A stretch of DNA of 64,000 nucleotides from Coraliomargarita sp. (GTDB lineage Bacteria; Verrucomicrobiota; Verrucomicrobiia; Opitutales; Coraliomargaritaceae): contig OZ244160.1 of assembly GCA_965216325.1 (NCBI GenBank), positions 1,760,001 to 1,824,000 of the forward strand. The letters are read 5' to 3'. Shown here in pieces: positions 21,400 to 33,077 of the stretch. The stretch's first letter is position 1. Each line of letters opens with the position of its first letter. Below the pieces are notes generated by a model, which made no database searches, was not told the origin of the DNA, and was given only the letters and a program-made list of their open reading frames with translations. Both the position numbers and the translations under genes were made by a program.

Positions 21400-22237
21400 A
21401 AACGAAAAAGAATCGCGGGCGCCCAGAGAGGTCCTCTTGGCTTTGACCATTCGTCAGACCTGCACTTTGGGCCAGTTCGGCAAGCACCTCGTGCTGCGCA
21501 ATACCGGTTTCGACGGCAAGCAAGCCGCCCGCATTCAGATAGCTCGGTGCCTCCGCGAAGATGATACGTAGATCGTCCAAGCCGTCTGCTCCGGAGACCA
21601 AGGCATTCTCTGGCTCATACTCAACCACTTCCGGCTCAGCAGTCGTCATTTCTGCTTCGGTCAGATAAGGCGGATTGGAAACGATCAAATCGAACTGCGC
21701 ACTCTCTGGCACTGAGCTAAACCAGCTGCCTTCAAGAAAGCGCACACGGCCCATGAGGCCAGTGCGTTCAGCGTTCTCCTGCGCGAGCGCCAAAGCGTCT
21801 GCACTGAGATCCACCGCCGTGACTTCAGCATCGGGATATTTGCTCGCCAAGGCCAGAGCGAGTGCACCCGTGCCGGTGCCCAGATCGAGAATGCGCCGCG
21901 GAGCCTCATCCAGCCGCGCACCAATATATTCGACCAACTCCTCGGTCTCTGGACGCGGAATCAGCGCGCGCGGGTCCACTTTTAAAGTGAGATCACAAAA
22001 CTCCACACTGCCGAGGATGTATTGCAGGGGCTCACGGTTGGCTCGGCGCTTTACCAAGGGACGCAGCGCATCGAGCTGCGCCTCAGTCAGCGGGCGCTCC
22101 AAATCCAAATACAACTCAAGTCGCTTCACTCCAAGGGAGTGGGCGATCAACAAGTCGGTATCCAGCTTCGCATTCGGCACCCCCTTTGATTCGAAGAAGC
22201 CAACCGTGCGCTGCTGAATGTCGCGGATACTTAGCAT
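21383..22237 (-). CDS. prmC: release factor glutamine methyltransferase
   Basis: [27 protein letters not shown] and SNPPY; lies downstream of prfA. Confidence 0.96.
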   Translation of the reverse strand: MLSIRDIQQRTVGFFESKGVPNAKLDTDLLIAHSLGVKRLELYLDLERPLTEAQLDALRPLVKRRANREPLQYILGSVEFCDLTLKVDPRALIPRPETEELVEYIGARLDEAPRRILDLGTGTGALALALASKYPDAEVTAVDLSADALALAQENAERTGLMGRVRFLEGSWFSSVPESAQFDLIVSNPPYLTEAEMTTAEPEVVEYEPENALVSGADGLDDLRIIFAEAPSYLNAGGLLAVETGIAQHEVLAELAQSAGLTNGQSQEDLSGRPRFFFVCRGAT

Positions 22238-22245
22238 ATAAAAAC

Positions 22246-22308
22246 GTAGGGGCTTCGCTTGCGGAGCCCGATCAGAGCAGAAGCGGGCGTCGCAAGCAAG
22301 GCCACTAC
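22246..22308. repeat. REP-like GTAG...CTAC doublet
   Basis: GTAGGGGCTTCGCTTGCGGAGCCC is identical to the left arm at 7278. Confidence 0.85.
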
Positions 22309-22310
22309 CA

Positions 22311-23399
22311 TCAGGAAGACTGGGCCTTCAAGAGGTTTTCAATGCGCGCTTCGTAGTCCACATTGTGCAGACCATCGATCAGCTCATCGAGCCCACCATC
22401 AATCACACCGGGGAGGGAAAGATTCATCCCGATGCGGTGATCCGTCAGGCGACCCTGTGGATAATTGTAAGTGCGGATGCGTTCCGAGCGGTCACCAGTG
22501 CCGATTTGGCCCTTACGCTCGGCTGCATATTTGGCGTTTTCCTCGTCGACCTTCGCTTGCAGGAGACGCGAGCGCATAACCGTCAATGCCTTCGCACGGT
22601 TCTTAATCTGCGAACGTTCGTCCGCACAGTAAACAGTCACGCCAGTCGGCTTGTGCACCATCATCACTGCAGAGTCCGTGGTGTTCACGTGCTGACCGCC
22701 CGCACCCGATGCGCGCATGGTAGAGATCTCCAGATCGTTCGGGTTGATCTCAATGTCGACTTCTTCCGCTTCTGGAAGCACCGCCACCGTCGCGGTCGAG
22801 GTATGGATGCGACCTTGAGTCTCCGTCACTGGCACACGCTGCACACGGTGCACACCACTCTCAAACTTGAGGTGCTTGTAGGCGTCTTCACCACTGATGT
22901 TGAAAATGATTTCGCGGTAGCCGCCGGTTTCCGCCGGACTGGTGCTCATGACCTCGACACGCCAGCCCTTTGCCTCCGCATAGCGGCAATACATACGATA
23001 CAAGTCGCCGGCAAAGATATTGGCCTCGTCACCGCCCGCACCGCCGCGGATTTCCATCACCGAGTTACGGCTGTCGGTTGCATCGGGCGGCACCATCGCA
23101 CGCAGCACGGCAGTTTCCAAGTCATCCATCTGCCCCTTCAGCTCTTCAACTTCCTCGGCAGCCATTTCGCGCAGCTCCTCTTCGACCGAGCTATCTGCCA
23201 TCAAGGCTTCGTTTTCTTCGATCTGGGTTTGTGCACTGTGATAGGCTTCAAACTTCTCGATCAGACTGCTGATACGCTGGTGCTCACGCGAGACCTCAGC
23301 CGCCTTGCGCTGGTCGGAGTAAAAGTTCGGCTCGTTCATTTGCGCATCCAGCTCGGAGAGCTTGTCGCGGAAGGGAGCGATATCAGGAATCTTTGCCAT
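22311..23399 (-). CDS. prfA: peptide chain release factor 1
   Basis: PVT stop-recognition motif (QRVPVTE), GGQ motif and [12 protein letters not shown]. Start placed at ATG 23399. Confidence 0.97.
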   Translation of the reverse strand: MAKIPDIAPFRDKLSELDAQMNEPNFYSDQRKAAEVSREHQRISSLIEKFEAYHSAQTQIEENEALMADSSVEEELREMAAEEVEELKGQMDDLETAVLRAMVPPDATDSRNSVMEIRGGAGGDEANIFAGDLYRMYCRYAEAKGWRVEVMSTSPAETGGYREIIFNISGEDAYKHLKFESGVHRVQRVPVTETQGRIHTSTATVAVLPEAEEVDIEINPNDLEISTMRASGAGGQHVNTTDSAVMMVHKPTGVTVYCADERSQIKNRAKALTVMRSRLLQAKVDEENAKYAAERKGQIGTGDRSERIRTYNYPQGRLTDHRIGMNLSLPGVIDGGLDELIDGLHNVDYEARIENLLKAQSS

Positions 23400-23457
23400 G
23401 TTTTGAAAATGCGTTGCAGTAAAGGCGCCACGACATAACAGTTGTGGCTTACCTGCA

Positions 23458-24480
23458 ATGACGAAAAAGACCCTCCACCGCCAAAACATCGTCGCCTGTG
23501 TCTGGGATTTCGACAAGACGCTCATCCCCGGCTACATGCAGACTCCGATCTTCAAAGCCTATGGGATCGACGAGGAAGCCTTCTGGAAAGAGGTCAACGC
23601 CCTGCCCGCCATCTACGCCGAGCGCGGCACCCGTATTTCGCAGGACACCATTTACCTGAACCACCTGCTCAGCTTCGTGAAGAACGGCGAACTCAAGGGC
23701 CTGACTAACGCCCGCCTGCGCGAACTCGGTAAGGACCTGGTCTTCTATCCCGGTATCATCGAACTGTTTGACCGACTCAAGAACGTCGCCGAATCGAAGC
23801 CCGAATATCAGAAGCACAACATCAAGCTGGAGCACTATATCATCAGCACCGGTCTGGCGGAGATGATCCGGGGCAGCGCAATCGCTCCACACGTGGATGG
23901 TATTTTCGGCTGCGAGTTCATTGAGGCGCCGCTGCCACCGCATTATTCGCGACAGGATGAACTGCCACTGCACATGGAGTTCGAGATCAGCCAAATCGGC
24001 ACCATCGTCGATAACACGATCAAGACTCGCTTCATTTTTGAAATCAATAAGGGCAGCAACAAGAACCCGAAGATCGATGTGAATGCGTCAATGGAGCGCA
24101 GTGATCGCCGCGTGCCAATTGACCGTATGATTTACACCGCGGACGGCCCGAGTGACGTGCCAGTATTCTCCGTAGTTAAAAGCAATGGCGGCAAAGCCTA
24201 TGCCGTCTTCAACCCAGACAGCGAGGCCGAGTTCGCGCAGAATGACGCGCTCCTACACGCAGGCCGCATTCACGCATACGGTCCGGCCGATTATACAGAG
24301 AAAAGCACTTCCGCCAAGTGGCTCCGTATGCACGTGCGCCAAATCTGCGACACCATCGTCGAAGAGTGCGAACACGCCCTGGCCAAAAACGTGCGCAGCG
24401 CACCGCGCCATCTGCACGACGATGATGAGCCCGTACCGGAAGCGCTAGAGCAGGACGTGCCGCAAAAGGAATTGTTTTAA
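23458..24480 (+). CDS. HAD-like hydrolase
   Basis: WDFDKTL (motif I), IISTG and ADGPSDVP. Confidence 0.82.
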   Translation: MTKKTLHRQNIVACVWDFDKTLIPGYMQTPIFKAYGIDEEAFWKEVNALPAIYAERGTRISQDTIYLNHLLSFVKNGELKGLTNARLRELGKDLVFYPGIIELFDRLKNVAESKPEYQKHNIKLEHYIISTGLAEMIRGSAIAPHVDGIFGCEFIEAPLPPHYSRQDELPLHMEFEISQIGTIVDNTIKTRFIFEINKGSNKNPKIDVNASMERSDRRVPIDRMIYTADGPSDVPVFSVVKSNGGKAYAVFNPDSEAEFAQNDALLHAGRIHAYGPADYTEKSTSAKWLRMHVRQICDTIVEECEHALAKNVRSAPRHLHDDDEPVPEALEQDVPQKELF

Positions 24481-24482
24481 AA

Positions 24483-24544
24483 GTCGCGTAGGCGTCTCGC
24501 CTGCGCACTACAAAGTAGATGAACAAGCAAGATGCCTGTTCTAC
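24483..24544. repeat. REP-like doublet
   Basis: GTCGCGTAGGCGTCTCGCCTGCG ... ACAAGCAAGATGCCTGTTCTAC. Confidence 0.6.
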
Positions 24545-24616
24545 ATCGCTTAACTTTTCGCTCCTCCGACTTTAAGTTTCTATAAGCTGTGCTAACGTAT
24601 CTTGGTAGACACTCTT

Positions 24617-25067
24617 ATGGGAACATTTGCTGCCATATTTTTAGGTGCGGCCTGCGGGCTGGCTGGCGCGTATGCGATGAATTTCTTCATGCGACGAGTG
24701 AGTGCGGCCTACAGTGAGCGTGTCGATATGATCCAAGCACTTGGTAGCTACTTTACCGGCAATCTCGACAATGCGCGCCAAGTCGGCACCAGCATCCGCA
24801 GGCATCCTCTTCGGAATGCTATATTTTGGGATTATGCACGCCATGGGCGCGCTCGTATTTCCCTACGCAATTTTCTTGGGTATCGGCTTCGGCTTTTTCC
24901 ACGGCTTGGTGATGAGTTATGGGCTTATGTTTTACGCCAGCGAAAATCACCCCATCGAAAAATATCGCAAAGCTACGCTAGAGGAAGGTCTGCTCCATTT
25001 GGTTGGCCACATAATCTTCGGCGGTGTCGCTGGATTGCTCGGAGCCCTATTGAGCTTTCTGTTCTAA
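24617..25067 (+). pseudogene. small membrane protein, frameshifted near 24795
   Basis: The hydrophobic N-half is in the 24602 frame (MGTFAAIFLGAACG...) and the hydrophobic C-half is in the 24741 frame (AGILFGMLY...HLVGHIIFG...). Confidence 0.7.
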
Positions 25068-25070
25068 GCC

Positions 25071-25130
25071 GATCTTAATCCTCCTCCTAATCATAATCAT
25101 GCCAGAGAGATTAGGAGTAAGAATAAGATT
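25071..25130. repeat. hexamer repeats forming an inverted repeat
   Basis: GATCTT-AATCCT-CCTCCT-AATCAT-AATC ... GATTAG-GAGTAA-GAATAA-GATT. Confidence 0.55.
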
Positions 25131-25246
25131 ACTTCCGAGAAGCGGGCCACGACAAAACCGACAGTTTACTGATCGGACCATGAAGATGAGCCCCAAAACA
25201 CTCCCTAGTCTTTACAGGATGCCTTCATGCGTTAGAACTATGCGCT

Positions 25247-26842
25247 ATGAAACGTGCTTCTTCTTTAATCACACTCTGTACGGCGTTGGCCTCAATCATA
25301 TTTACAGGCTGCGAAACCGCTCAGCCGACTCAAGCGAGCGCTCCAACCCCATCATCCGCGACCACAACCAGCAGCAATACCACGAAGAGCCAAACAGTGT
25401 GGACGGCTGTGCCGAGTGATGCTGCAAAGCCGGCGCCTACAGCCACTCCCAAGCCAGCATCACAGCCAATACCAGCGGAAAAAGCCGATGGCAGCGATGT
25501 CATCATGCGCACCGACCAGCTAAAGGTCACCAAGACAGTCATCCAACCCGGTCAAGTCGGTGAAGAAGTCCGCTATCGCATCGAGCTGTATGCACTCGCT
25601 AACGTAAAAAACGTCCGTGTCACCGAGACCCTTCCAGAGCACGTTGAGTTCATTACCGGAAAGCCAGCCGCCTCACGTGCCGGTTCCGATGTCAGCTGGA
25701 ACTTCGCTAAGATCAGTTCCGGTGAAACGCGCAAGATCGACGTCACCGTTAAGCCGCTGAAGGAAGGTGACTACACCATCGATTCAACCATCACCGTCGA
25801 TAACAATTTTGGCATCAACTTCTTCGCAGGTCAGCCCAAGCTCGAGGTCGAAAAGAAGGGCCCCGCAACCATTGAGTTGGGTGACGAAGGGATTTGGACG
25901 GTCACCGTTACCAACAACGGCTCCGCCGAGGCGACCAACGTGGTCGTCACCGACACCCTTCCCGATGCGTTCCAAGCGACCACTAGCCTCAGCCAAAACA
26001 TCGGCACGATTGAGCCAGGCCAAAGTGCAAGCGCGACTTTCACCGCCAAAGCGGTCAAGCAAGGCGAATTCACCAACAGTGCCACCGCCGATTACGAGGG
26101 CAATACCAGCGAGATCGACGGTAGCGACAGCACACCGATCCGCGTCGTGCAGTCTGGCATCCGCGTGCGCAAGCTCGGACCAGCAGAAGCTTATGTCTTC
26201 AAGCCGACCAAATTCGAAATCTCGATTGAAAATGTTGGCGACACCGATCTGCAGAACGTACGCATCACCGATCTTCTGCCAAAGGGTAGCTCAGTTTCCA
26301 GCACCGGTGGTGGTCGCAAGAGCGGCAACGCCATCGGTTGGATGATTCCAACTCTGCCAGCCGGTGCCAGCCAGTTGATCAGCACCGAAGTCGCCGCAAC
26401 CCAAAAGGGCAAAACGACCACGACTGTCAAAGTGCTCACCGCTAGCGGCCTCGAAGCCAGCGATGCGCTCGACACGAACTGGCTCGCCGTTCCGGGTGTG
26501 ACCATGTCGATCACCGACAGCAAAGACCCCATCCGCGTCGGCGACAAAACCGTCTATAGCATTGAAGTCCGTAACCAAGGCCAGTTCGAACCCGTCACCG
26601 GCACCGTAACCGTTGAGTTCACTGACAAGGTGAAGCCCATCTCCGTCGCAGGCGATGCTCAAGGGGTGATCAAGGGCCAGACCGTGACCTTCCCAAAGAC
26701 CACACTTGAAGCCGGTAAGGACATCAACCTCAGCATCACTGCTGAAGGTGCCAACATCGGCCCGGGCCGCGCAAATCTAAGCTTCAGCGCTGGCTTCCTC
26801 AACGATCCAATCGTCAGCCAGGAAGCGACCAACGTCTACTAA
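25247..26842 (+). CDS. DUF11-repeat lipoprotein, OmcB-like
   Basis: Lipobox FTG-C, Pro/Thr/Ala linker and four repeats of the type K......G....y.i.v.N.G......V.vtD.LP. Confidence 0.82.
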   Translation: MKRASSLITLCTALASIIFTGCETAQPTQASAPTPSSATTTSSNTTKSQTVWTAVPSDAAKPAPTATPKPASQPIPAEKADGSDVIMRTDQLKVTKTVIQPGQVGEEVRYRIELYALANVKNVRVTETLPEHVEFITGKPAASRAGSDVSWNFAKISSGETRKIDVTVKPLKEGDYTIDSTITVDNNFGINFFAGQPKLEVEKKGPATIELGDEGIWTVTVTNNGSAEATNVVVTDTLPDAFQATTSLSQNIGTIEPGQSASATFTAKAVKQGEFTNSATADYEGNTSEIDGSDSTPIRVVQSGIRVRKLGPAEAYVFKPTKFEISIENVGDTDLQNVRITDLLPKGSSVSSTGGGRKSGNAIGWMIPTLPAGASQLISTEVAATQKGKTTTTVKVLTASGLEASDALDTNWLAVPGVTMSITDSKDPIRVGDKTVYSIEVRNQGQFEPVTGTVTVEFTDKVKPISVAGDAQGVIKGQTVTFPKTTLEAGKDINLSITAEGANIGPGRANLSFSAGFLNDPIVSQEATNVY

Positions 26843-26865
26843 CCCCAAGTTCAGCTACGCTTTTC

Positions 26866-26895
26866 AAGCCGCCGGGTAAATCCGGCGGCTTTTTT
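26866..26895 (+). terminator. rho-independent terminator
   Basis: AAGCCGCCGG-GTAAAT-CCGGCGGCTT followed by a T-run. Confidence 0.85.
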
Positions 26896-26913
26896 GTCGG
26901 CTTGCAATTTTTA

Positions 26914-26934
26914 ATGTAATACATAGTTTTACAT
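26914..26934. promoter_or_regulatory. putative toxin-antitoxin autorepression operator
   Basis: Imperfect palindrome ATGTAATAC-ATA-GTTTTACAT, overlapping a TTGCAA...TAGTTT promoter-like stretch just before the antitoxin ATG. Confidence 0.45.
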
Positions 26935-26936
26935 AC

Positions 26937-27164
26937 ATGATCAAAAAGCTAACTAAAGTCGGCAATTCCCGTGGCATTATCTTCGATACCGCTCTCATGG
27001 AGCAGGCCCACTTGAAAGAAGGTGACGAAGTCAACGTAACCGTGCACGAAGGCGGCACGATCACATTGACACCGATTCGTAGGCGAGTGACGACTGAGGA
27101 AGTCGTCGATCTAGCCAAAGAGATCATAGATAAGAATGAAGGCCTCTTTCGCCGTCTCTCTTGA
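26937..27164 (+). CDS. AbrB/MazE family antitoxin
   Basis: KLTKVGNSRGIIF...LKEGDEV; overlaps the downstream doc-like gene. Confidence 0.88.
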   Translation: MIKKLTKVGNSRGIIFDTALMEQAHLKEGDEVNVTVHEGGTITLTPIRRRVTTEEVVDLAKEIIDKNEGLFRRLS

Positions 27165-27559
27165 TGAGCGATTACCTACATCCCTCCGTTGACCAAGTAA
27201 TCGCAATCCATGCAAACGTCATCGCCAAGAGTGGCGGTTCAGACGGTATTCGCGACAAAGGTCTTCTCGAATCTGCAGTCGCAGCACCACAAGCGACCAT
27301 ATTCGGAGAACCCATTTTCGAGGACGGAATCGAAATCGCCGCTGCATATCTCTATTATCTTGGCCAGCATCACCCCTTCATCGACGGTAACAAACTCGTC
27401 GCTCTCGCGACCTGCCTCGTCTTTCTCTCCCTCAATCGACTACTGTCGAACCTGAGTCTAGACGAAGATGTCTGGGTTGAGTTCACACTGGATGTCGCAG
27501 CGAGTAAATTTACTCGCGAAGAAATGACTATGAAACTTCGCGACTTAATCAGTGAATAG
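27164..27559 (+). CDS. death-on-curing (Doc/Fic) family toxin
   Basis: [20 protein letters not shown] and HPFIDGNK(L). Confidence 0.88.
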   Translation: MSDYLHPSVDQVIAIHANVIAKSGGSDGIRDKGLLESAVAAPQATIFGEPIFEDGIEIAAAYLYYLGQHHPFIDGNKLVALATCLVFLSLNRLLSNLSLDEDVWVEFTLDVAASKFTREEMTMKLRDLISE

Positions 27560-29332
27560 CTAAATAGCCGCGCCAACCACCGCACGCAGAAATGTCTTCA
27601 GCACCTCCAGCTGCTGCAGCTTCGCAGAGAAAGCCGTGCACCTTGCGACCATCGCTCAACTCAAGTTGGCCAAGCCCTAAAGGCTGCTGAATCGTAGAAA
27701 GAAACTCACCTAGGCTTGCTTTCGGGAAACGCCACTCTTCTGCAGCGATCGAAGTCCCCTCTGCACCCACTCGAATGATTCCGGGGCGATGTGGCGCCGG
27801 CTCCGAGAGATAGATCATCTTGTAGAACGGTGCGGTTTTCACCTCGCCGACGAACTCAGCTCCGAGGCGAAGCACTTGCTGGTTCAAAGCAAGTCCGGAC
27901 ATGTGTGCACCGAGGAGTAAGACTGAAAGGGTGTCATTAGAGGTAGGGTTCGTTATCCCTAACGAACCGCCCGTCTGCTGAGCGGCAAGATGCGGAAATC
28001 CCACCCTACCTTCGGGTCCATCTGCAGCAATCTGCACCAAGGCCTTGTCCGTATCGCGTGGTGCGATCCAAGTAATCCCAAAGGGTAATCCATCCACAGT
28101 TTCGCCTGCAGGTGTCGCGACCGCACAGAGATCCAATAAATTCATGAAATTGGTATAGTAACCCAGCTGTGAATTGGGACCGATTGGATCCGCTTCCATA
28201 TCTGCCAAAGTCGGAAAACCGCCAGCGGTCGGTGTTACAATCGCCGCAAGCCCATCCCACACAGACTCGCTCTCACGCTTCAAGGCTGCCAACTTGTAAG
28301 TCGCGGCAAATGCTTCGCATGCAGAGTTGTCCAGCCCGCCGCCAATGATACTGCGCGTGGCCGGATAGAAATCGTCGGCATTACTTTCGAGGAAGTCTTT
28401 CAGTGCCGTGGTGCGCTCCGAAACCCACGGGCCCTCATATAACAAACGCGCCGCCTTTAAAACGGTTCAAAATCGATCTCAACGATTTCCCAGCCCTTCT
28501 CCTTGAGCCGATCCAAAGCCTTCAGCCAGACGGGTTGATAATCGGCATCCCCGAAGAACAACAACTGCTCCGGCTTCGGAATACCCAACTTATTGGATCT
28601 TGGTAGCGCAACATCACGCGTCGGCTGTGAATAGGCATCCGCAGCATCAAAGCCTTCCGCGACTTTCAAAACAGCCTGTCCGTCCTCAGCGTTGAGTGTA
28701 AAAATCGATACACAGTCCAAAGTTCGGCAGGCAGGAACGACACCACTGGTGCTCAGTCGACCACAGCTCGGCTTCAAGCCCCAGAGCTTATTGAACATCG
28801 CAGGCACACGTCCGGAGCCCGCAGTGTCGGTTCCTAAAGAAAAACTCACGAGCTGCTCAGAAAGCGCTACCGCCGACCCGGAGCTCGAGCCGCCCGGAAC
28901 ACGGTCCGGAGCGATCGGGTTGCGCGGCACTCCATAGGGACTCCGCACACCAACAAGGCCAGTCGCAAATTGATCCAGATTGGTTTTACCCAGAGGAATC
29001 GCACCTGCTTGTATCAGCTTTTCCACTACAGGTGCAGATTCTTCTGGTGTATAACTATACGCCTCGCACGCAGCAGTAGTCGGCACACCCGATAAATCAA
29101 TGTTATCCTTAATTGCAAACGGTATGCCATACAGCGGCAAGTCCGCTGGATCTGAGGACTCCAAGTTTTGCAAATACGGTTCCAACTCATCCCCACTGAG
29201 TTGCGTAATCCAAATCGCAGGGTTGTCGACTTTCTGAATGCGCTCAAGCAACTCATCTATCAACGTTCGAGGCGTAAGCTCACCTGAACGATAGGCACTT
29301 AACAGGCTTTGTATCTCTAATGTCTGCATCAT
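27549..29332 (-). pseudogene. atzF: allophanate hydrolase split by a 1-nt frameshift at ~28459-28462 (may be a sequencing error)
   Basis: The N-part has the amidase signature ([41 protein letters not shown]). The C-part has [21 protein letters not shown] and GAHMSG. Adding one T joins them as [15 protein letters not shown]. Confidence 0.9.
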
Positions 29333-29337
29333 GTTTA

Positions 29338-29397
29338 GTAGGGGCTTTGCTTGCGAAGCCCGCTCGTATTCATGGGCTTCACAAGCAAAGCCCCTAC
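29338..29397. repeat. REP-like GTAG...CTAC doublet
   Basis: GTAGGGGCTTTGCTTGCGAAGCCC ... GGGCTTCACAAGCAAAGCCCCTAC. Confidence 0.85.
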
Positions 29398-29403
29398 ATC
29401 AAG

Positions 29404-32400
29404 TTAATTGGGAGTCACACCGAATAGAGCCTGCCCCGGTTGAACTGCTTGGCCCTCCTTGCACAGGCACCCGCTCAGCGTGCCCGCAACTGGTGCATCG
29501 ATCTTAATCTCCATTTTCATGGATTCGAGGACAGCCAAAGTCTCACCCGCTTCAACCGACTTGCCGACTTCACTGACTAGTATCTTCCATACGCTCCCTG
29601 CCACCGGACTCTCAACGGCTTCAGCGCCTTCAGGAAGGCCTGGCCCATCGTCCTCAGCCTGCATGATCTCTTCTTCGACAAAAGTGTCCAGGCCAGTCGC
29701 TTTCCAATGTGCACGCTCATCGTCAAAGGCTACCTGCTGTTGTGATTTAAACTCTGCGATACTCACTTCATTCTTCGCCAAGAATGCTTCGTATTCGCTT
29801 AGGCTGAAATGTCCCTCTTCGATCTTTGGCTCAAAGCGCCCTTGTGGGAAGTCTTCACGCAGCTCCAAGAGTTCCTCAGCGCTTACCGGATAGTAGCAAA
29901 TCTGGTCGAAGAAGCGCAGGAGCCATGGTTTGCCTTCCTTGAACGAAGCGGTGCTGCGATAGCGATTCCACATTTGCACCGTGCGCCCAACAAACTGGTA
30001 GCCTCCGGGCCCCTCCATGCCGTAGATGCACATGTAGGCGCCACCAATGCCCACCGCATTTTCCGGTGTCCAGGTTCGAGCGGGATTATACTTGGTCGTA
30101 ACCAATCGATGACGCGGATCGAGCGGCGTGGCAACCGGCGCACCAAGATAGACATCACCCAGTCCCAACACGACATAACGTGCATTGAAGACTACATTGT
30201 AGACATCCTTCACGGAATGCAGGCCGTTGATCCGACGAATGAACTCGATGTTATCCGGACACCATGGCGCATCCGCACGCACCGATTGCATATACTTTTC
30301 GGTCGCCAGTTCGGTCGATGGGTCATCCCAAGAGAGTGGCAAATGCACGATACGTGAAGGCACCGTAATATCCTCCAGCGCCGGCAATCGTGCATTAGTC
30401 AATTGGATCCAGGCTGCTATCGACTCCGCGCCGACTTTGCCCGGATCGAAGTGGACCTGAAGCGAACGAATGCCCGGCGTGAGATCTTCGACCGCATCAA
30501 AGGCGTCCTGCTTTAATGCCTCGTAGAGCACGTGGATGTGAAAGCGCAGTTTGAAATCGAGCACCATCGGGCCGATCTCGGCGAGCACGTAGGCATCACC
30601 CGCCTGACGAATCACGAGACGATCATCACCCACTCCTTCGTCAACTAGGATCATTTCACCCTCATCCGGAATCCGCACCTGATTCGGCACCTCTAAATCA
30701 GTTTTCAAGGTCAGGATGCTCTCTTCATGAATGCTTCGTAGGATCTCTGCCTGCTCACGAGTTACACACCGAAAGCGCACCTTATCGCCCGGCTTGAGCT
30801 GCCCCATCTTCCAGAGTTCGCTTTGAATTATTGTCGCTGAGCAAACAAAGCCACCGAGACTAGGCCCATCGGGACCAAGGATCACCGGCATGTCACCGGT
30901 AAAATCAATCGCACCGATCGCATAGGCATTGTCGTGGATATTAGATGGGTGCAGGCCAGCTTCACCTCCATCAGCACGCGCCCACTCAGGCTTCGGTCCA
31001 ATCAAGCGTACACCCGTGCGGGCTGAGTTATAGTGCACCTCCCACTCGGCTTCGAAGAAGTCTTGAATGTCGTCTGGCTTAAAGAAATCAGGCGCACCGT
31101 GCGGACCATAGAGCACAGCGATATCCCAAGTATGAGTGAGCACGGGCTGCTGATCAGCCTCCAGGACGTATTGCTCAGCACCTTCGGGTTCCTCACCAAT
31201 GTGCAAGATATCGGCAACTCGTAAGGCCCGTCCGCCGTGGCCACCAAACTGGCCCAAGCTGAAGGTCGAACGGCTCCCCAAATACTTCGGCACATCGATA
31301 CCACCTAAAACACTTAGATAGCTGCGCACCCCAGCGCCGGTTGTCTTGCCAATATCCAGGATGGCCCCGGCCGGCACTTCAAAGGGCTTGTAGAAATCGA
31401 CCGATTCCCCATCGAGAGTGGCGTCCATTGCGGCACCCGTCAGCACGACTGTACATGTAGCGAAAAACTGGATACGCGGACCATTTGCAGTGATCTCCAG
31501 TCCAGCCGCATCGAGATCATTTCCCAGCAGGCGATTACCTAGACGGAACGCAAACAGGTCCATCGGCCCCGAAGGTGGCACACCCACTTCCCAATAACCA
31601 ACTCGCCCGGGGTAATCCTGCACCGTAGTCATCGTGCCACCACGCAGAATTTCAAAGCTGCGCGGTTCGAATTGGTGATCCGCCAACGACTTGGTTAAAA
31701 TGCGACCTTCGCGATACATCTCCGAATCGACGATGGAGCGGAGGTAATAAAGATTCGTTTCAATGCCATCCAGACGAGTTGCAGCTAATGCTGATTCAAT
31801 CGCTTTTACCGCTTGTTCGCGATCCTCAGCATAGACCTGAAGTTTCGCGAGCAATGGATCATAATACGGGCTCACGTCCATGCCTGACTCCAACCAGTGG
31901 TCGCAGCGAACGCCTTCCGGAAAATCGACATTGGTCAACAAGCCACTCGAAGGCTGAAAATTCTTGTTCGGGTCCTCTGCATACAGACGTGTCTGGATTG
32001 CATGCCCCTTCTGCGGCACAATCTTGGTCTCGGATGAAAGCGTCATATCGCCCGCAGCCATCTGCACCATCCAACTAACCAAGTCGACCCCGGTAACCAG
32101 CTCCGTGACGCCATGCTCAACCTGTAGGCGCGTGTTCACCTCGAGGAAGTAATAGTCACCAGTCGAATTGTCATAGACGAACTCAACAGTGCCAGCAGAG
32201 CGATACTTCACAGCCTTAGCGAGATTGAGCGCTGCTTCCTGCAAACCATCAATCACGGCATCCGCGACATTCACCGGCGGCGTCTCTTCGATGACCTTCT
32301 GATTGCGGCGCTGTGCGGAACAATCGCGCACCCCCAGAGAGACGACATTTCCCTGCCCATCACCAAAGATCTGCACTTCAAGGTGACGTGCTTGCTGGAC

Positions 32401-33003
32401 ATATTTTTCCAGGAAGATTCCACCTTGGCCGAAATGGCTTTTACTCAGGCGTTCGACACTTTCAAAGGCATCTACCAGTTCCGCTTCGTCGGCACACACT
32501 TGCATGCCGATACCACCGCCACCCGCAGTGCTCTTCAGCATCACCGGATAGCCAATGCTCACTGCAATCGTGGTAGCCTCTTCGACACTCTGAAGCAGTG
32601 GACTACCCGGCACCAGAGGAACCTGATTCTCTTCCGCGATTCTCCGTGCTTCATGCTTCAGACCGAAAGAGATCATCTGCTCCGGAGTCGGACCGATGAA
32701 GGCCATACCTGCCGCCTCGCAGGCCGCAGCAAAGTCTGCATTCTCACTCAGCAAACCATAGCCGGGGTGAATCGCTTGCACATGACGGTCATGGGCAATC
32801 TCGAGAATCTTATCAGCCTGTAGATAACTCTCGCTCACCGGAGATGGACCAACAGAGAAGGCCTCCGTCGCCATCGCTACGTGCGGCGCATTCTTATCGG
32901 CTTCCGAGTAAATCGCAACCGATTGAATACCAAGTTGATCGAGTGTGCGAATAACCCGACAGGCAATCTCACCTCGATTGGCAATAAGAACTTTAGAAAA
33001 CAT
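29404..33003 (-). CDS. uca: urea/guanidine carboxylase (biotin-dependent)
   Basis: Biotin carboxylase domain ([24 protein letters not shown]), carboxyltransferase domain ([23 protein letters not shown]) and biotin carrier ESMKME. Confidence 0.96.
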   Translation of the reverse strand: MFSKVLIANRGEIACRVIRTLDQLGIQSVAIYSEADKNAPHVAMATEAFSVGPSPVSESYLQADKILEIAHDRHVQAIHPGYGLLSENADFAAACEAAGMAFIGPTPEQMISFGLKHEARRIAEENQVPLVPGSPLLQSVEEATTIAVSIGYPVMLKSTAGGGGIGMQVCADEAELVDAFESVERLSKSHFGQGGIFLEKYVQQARHLEVQIFGDGQGNVVSLGVRDCSAQRRNQKVIEETPPVNVADAVIDGLQEAALNLAKAVKYRSAGTVEFVYDNSTGDYYFLEVNTRLQVEHGVTELVTGVDLVSWMVQMAAGDMTLSSETKIVPQKGHAIQTRLYAEDPNKNFQPSSGLLTNVDFPEGVRCDHWLESGMDVSPYYDPLLAKLQVYAEDREQAVKAIESALAATRLDGIETNLYYLRSIVDSEMYREGRILTKSLADHQFEPRSFEILRGGTMTTVQDYPGRVGYWEVGVPPSGPMDLFAFRLGNRLLGNDLDAAGLEITANGPRIQFFATCTVVLTGAAMDATLDGESVDFYKPFEVPAGAILDIGKTTGAGVRSYLSVLGGIDVPKYLGSRSTFSLGQFGGHGGRALRVADILHIGEEPEGAEQYVLEADQQPVLTHTWDIAVLYGPHGAPDFFKPDDIQDFFEAEWEVHYNSARTGVRLIGPKPEWARADGGEAGLHPSNIHDNAYAIGAIDFTGDMPVILGPDGPSLGGFVCSATIIQSELWKMGQLKPGDKVRFRCVTREQAEILRSIHEESILTLKTDLEVPNQVRIPDEGEMILVDEGVGDDRLVIRQAGDAYVLAEIGPMVLDFKLRFHIHVLYEALKQDAFDAVEDLTPGIRSLQVHFDPGKVGAESIAAWIQLTNARLPALEDITVPSRIVHLPLSWDDPSTELATEKYMQSVRADAPWCPDNIEFIRRINGLHSVKDVYNVVFNARYVVLGLGDVYLGAPVATPLDPRHRLVTTKYNPARTWTPENAVGIGGAYMCIYGMEGPGGYQFVGRTVQMWNRYRSTASFKEGKPWLLRFFDQICYYPVSAEELLELREDFPQGRFEPKIEEGHFSLSEYEAFLAKNEVSIAEFKSQQQVAFDDERAHWKATGLDTFVEEEIMQAEDDGPGLPEGAEAVESPVAGSVWKILVSEVGKSVEAGETLAVLESMKMEIKIDAPVAGTLSGCLCKEGQAVQPGQALFGVTPN

Positions 33004-33013
33004 GAGTGGATAC

Positions 33014-33076
33014 GTAGCACAGGCATCTTGCCTGTGTATTAATAACTGTGATGCGCAGACTAGATGCCTACGCTAC
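33014..33076. repeat. REP-like GTAG...CTAC doublet
   Basis: GTAGCACAGGCATCTTGCCTGTG ... CGCAGACTAGATGCCTACGCTAC. Confidence 0.7.
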
Positions 33077-33077
33077 T

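Noticed and set aside
22365..23438. 357-aa ORF antisense to prfA
   Set aside because: Shadow ORF of a conserved, codon-biased gene with no recognisable motifs.
28457..28465. Programmed -1 ribosomal frameshift in atzF
   Set aside because: The in-frame context G-TTT-TAA is not an X-XXY-YYZ slippery heptamer and no stimulatory structure was seen; an indel is simpler.
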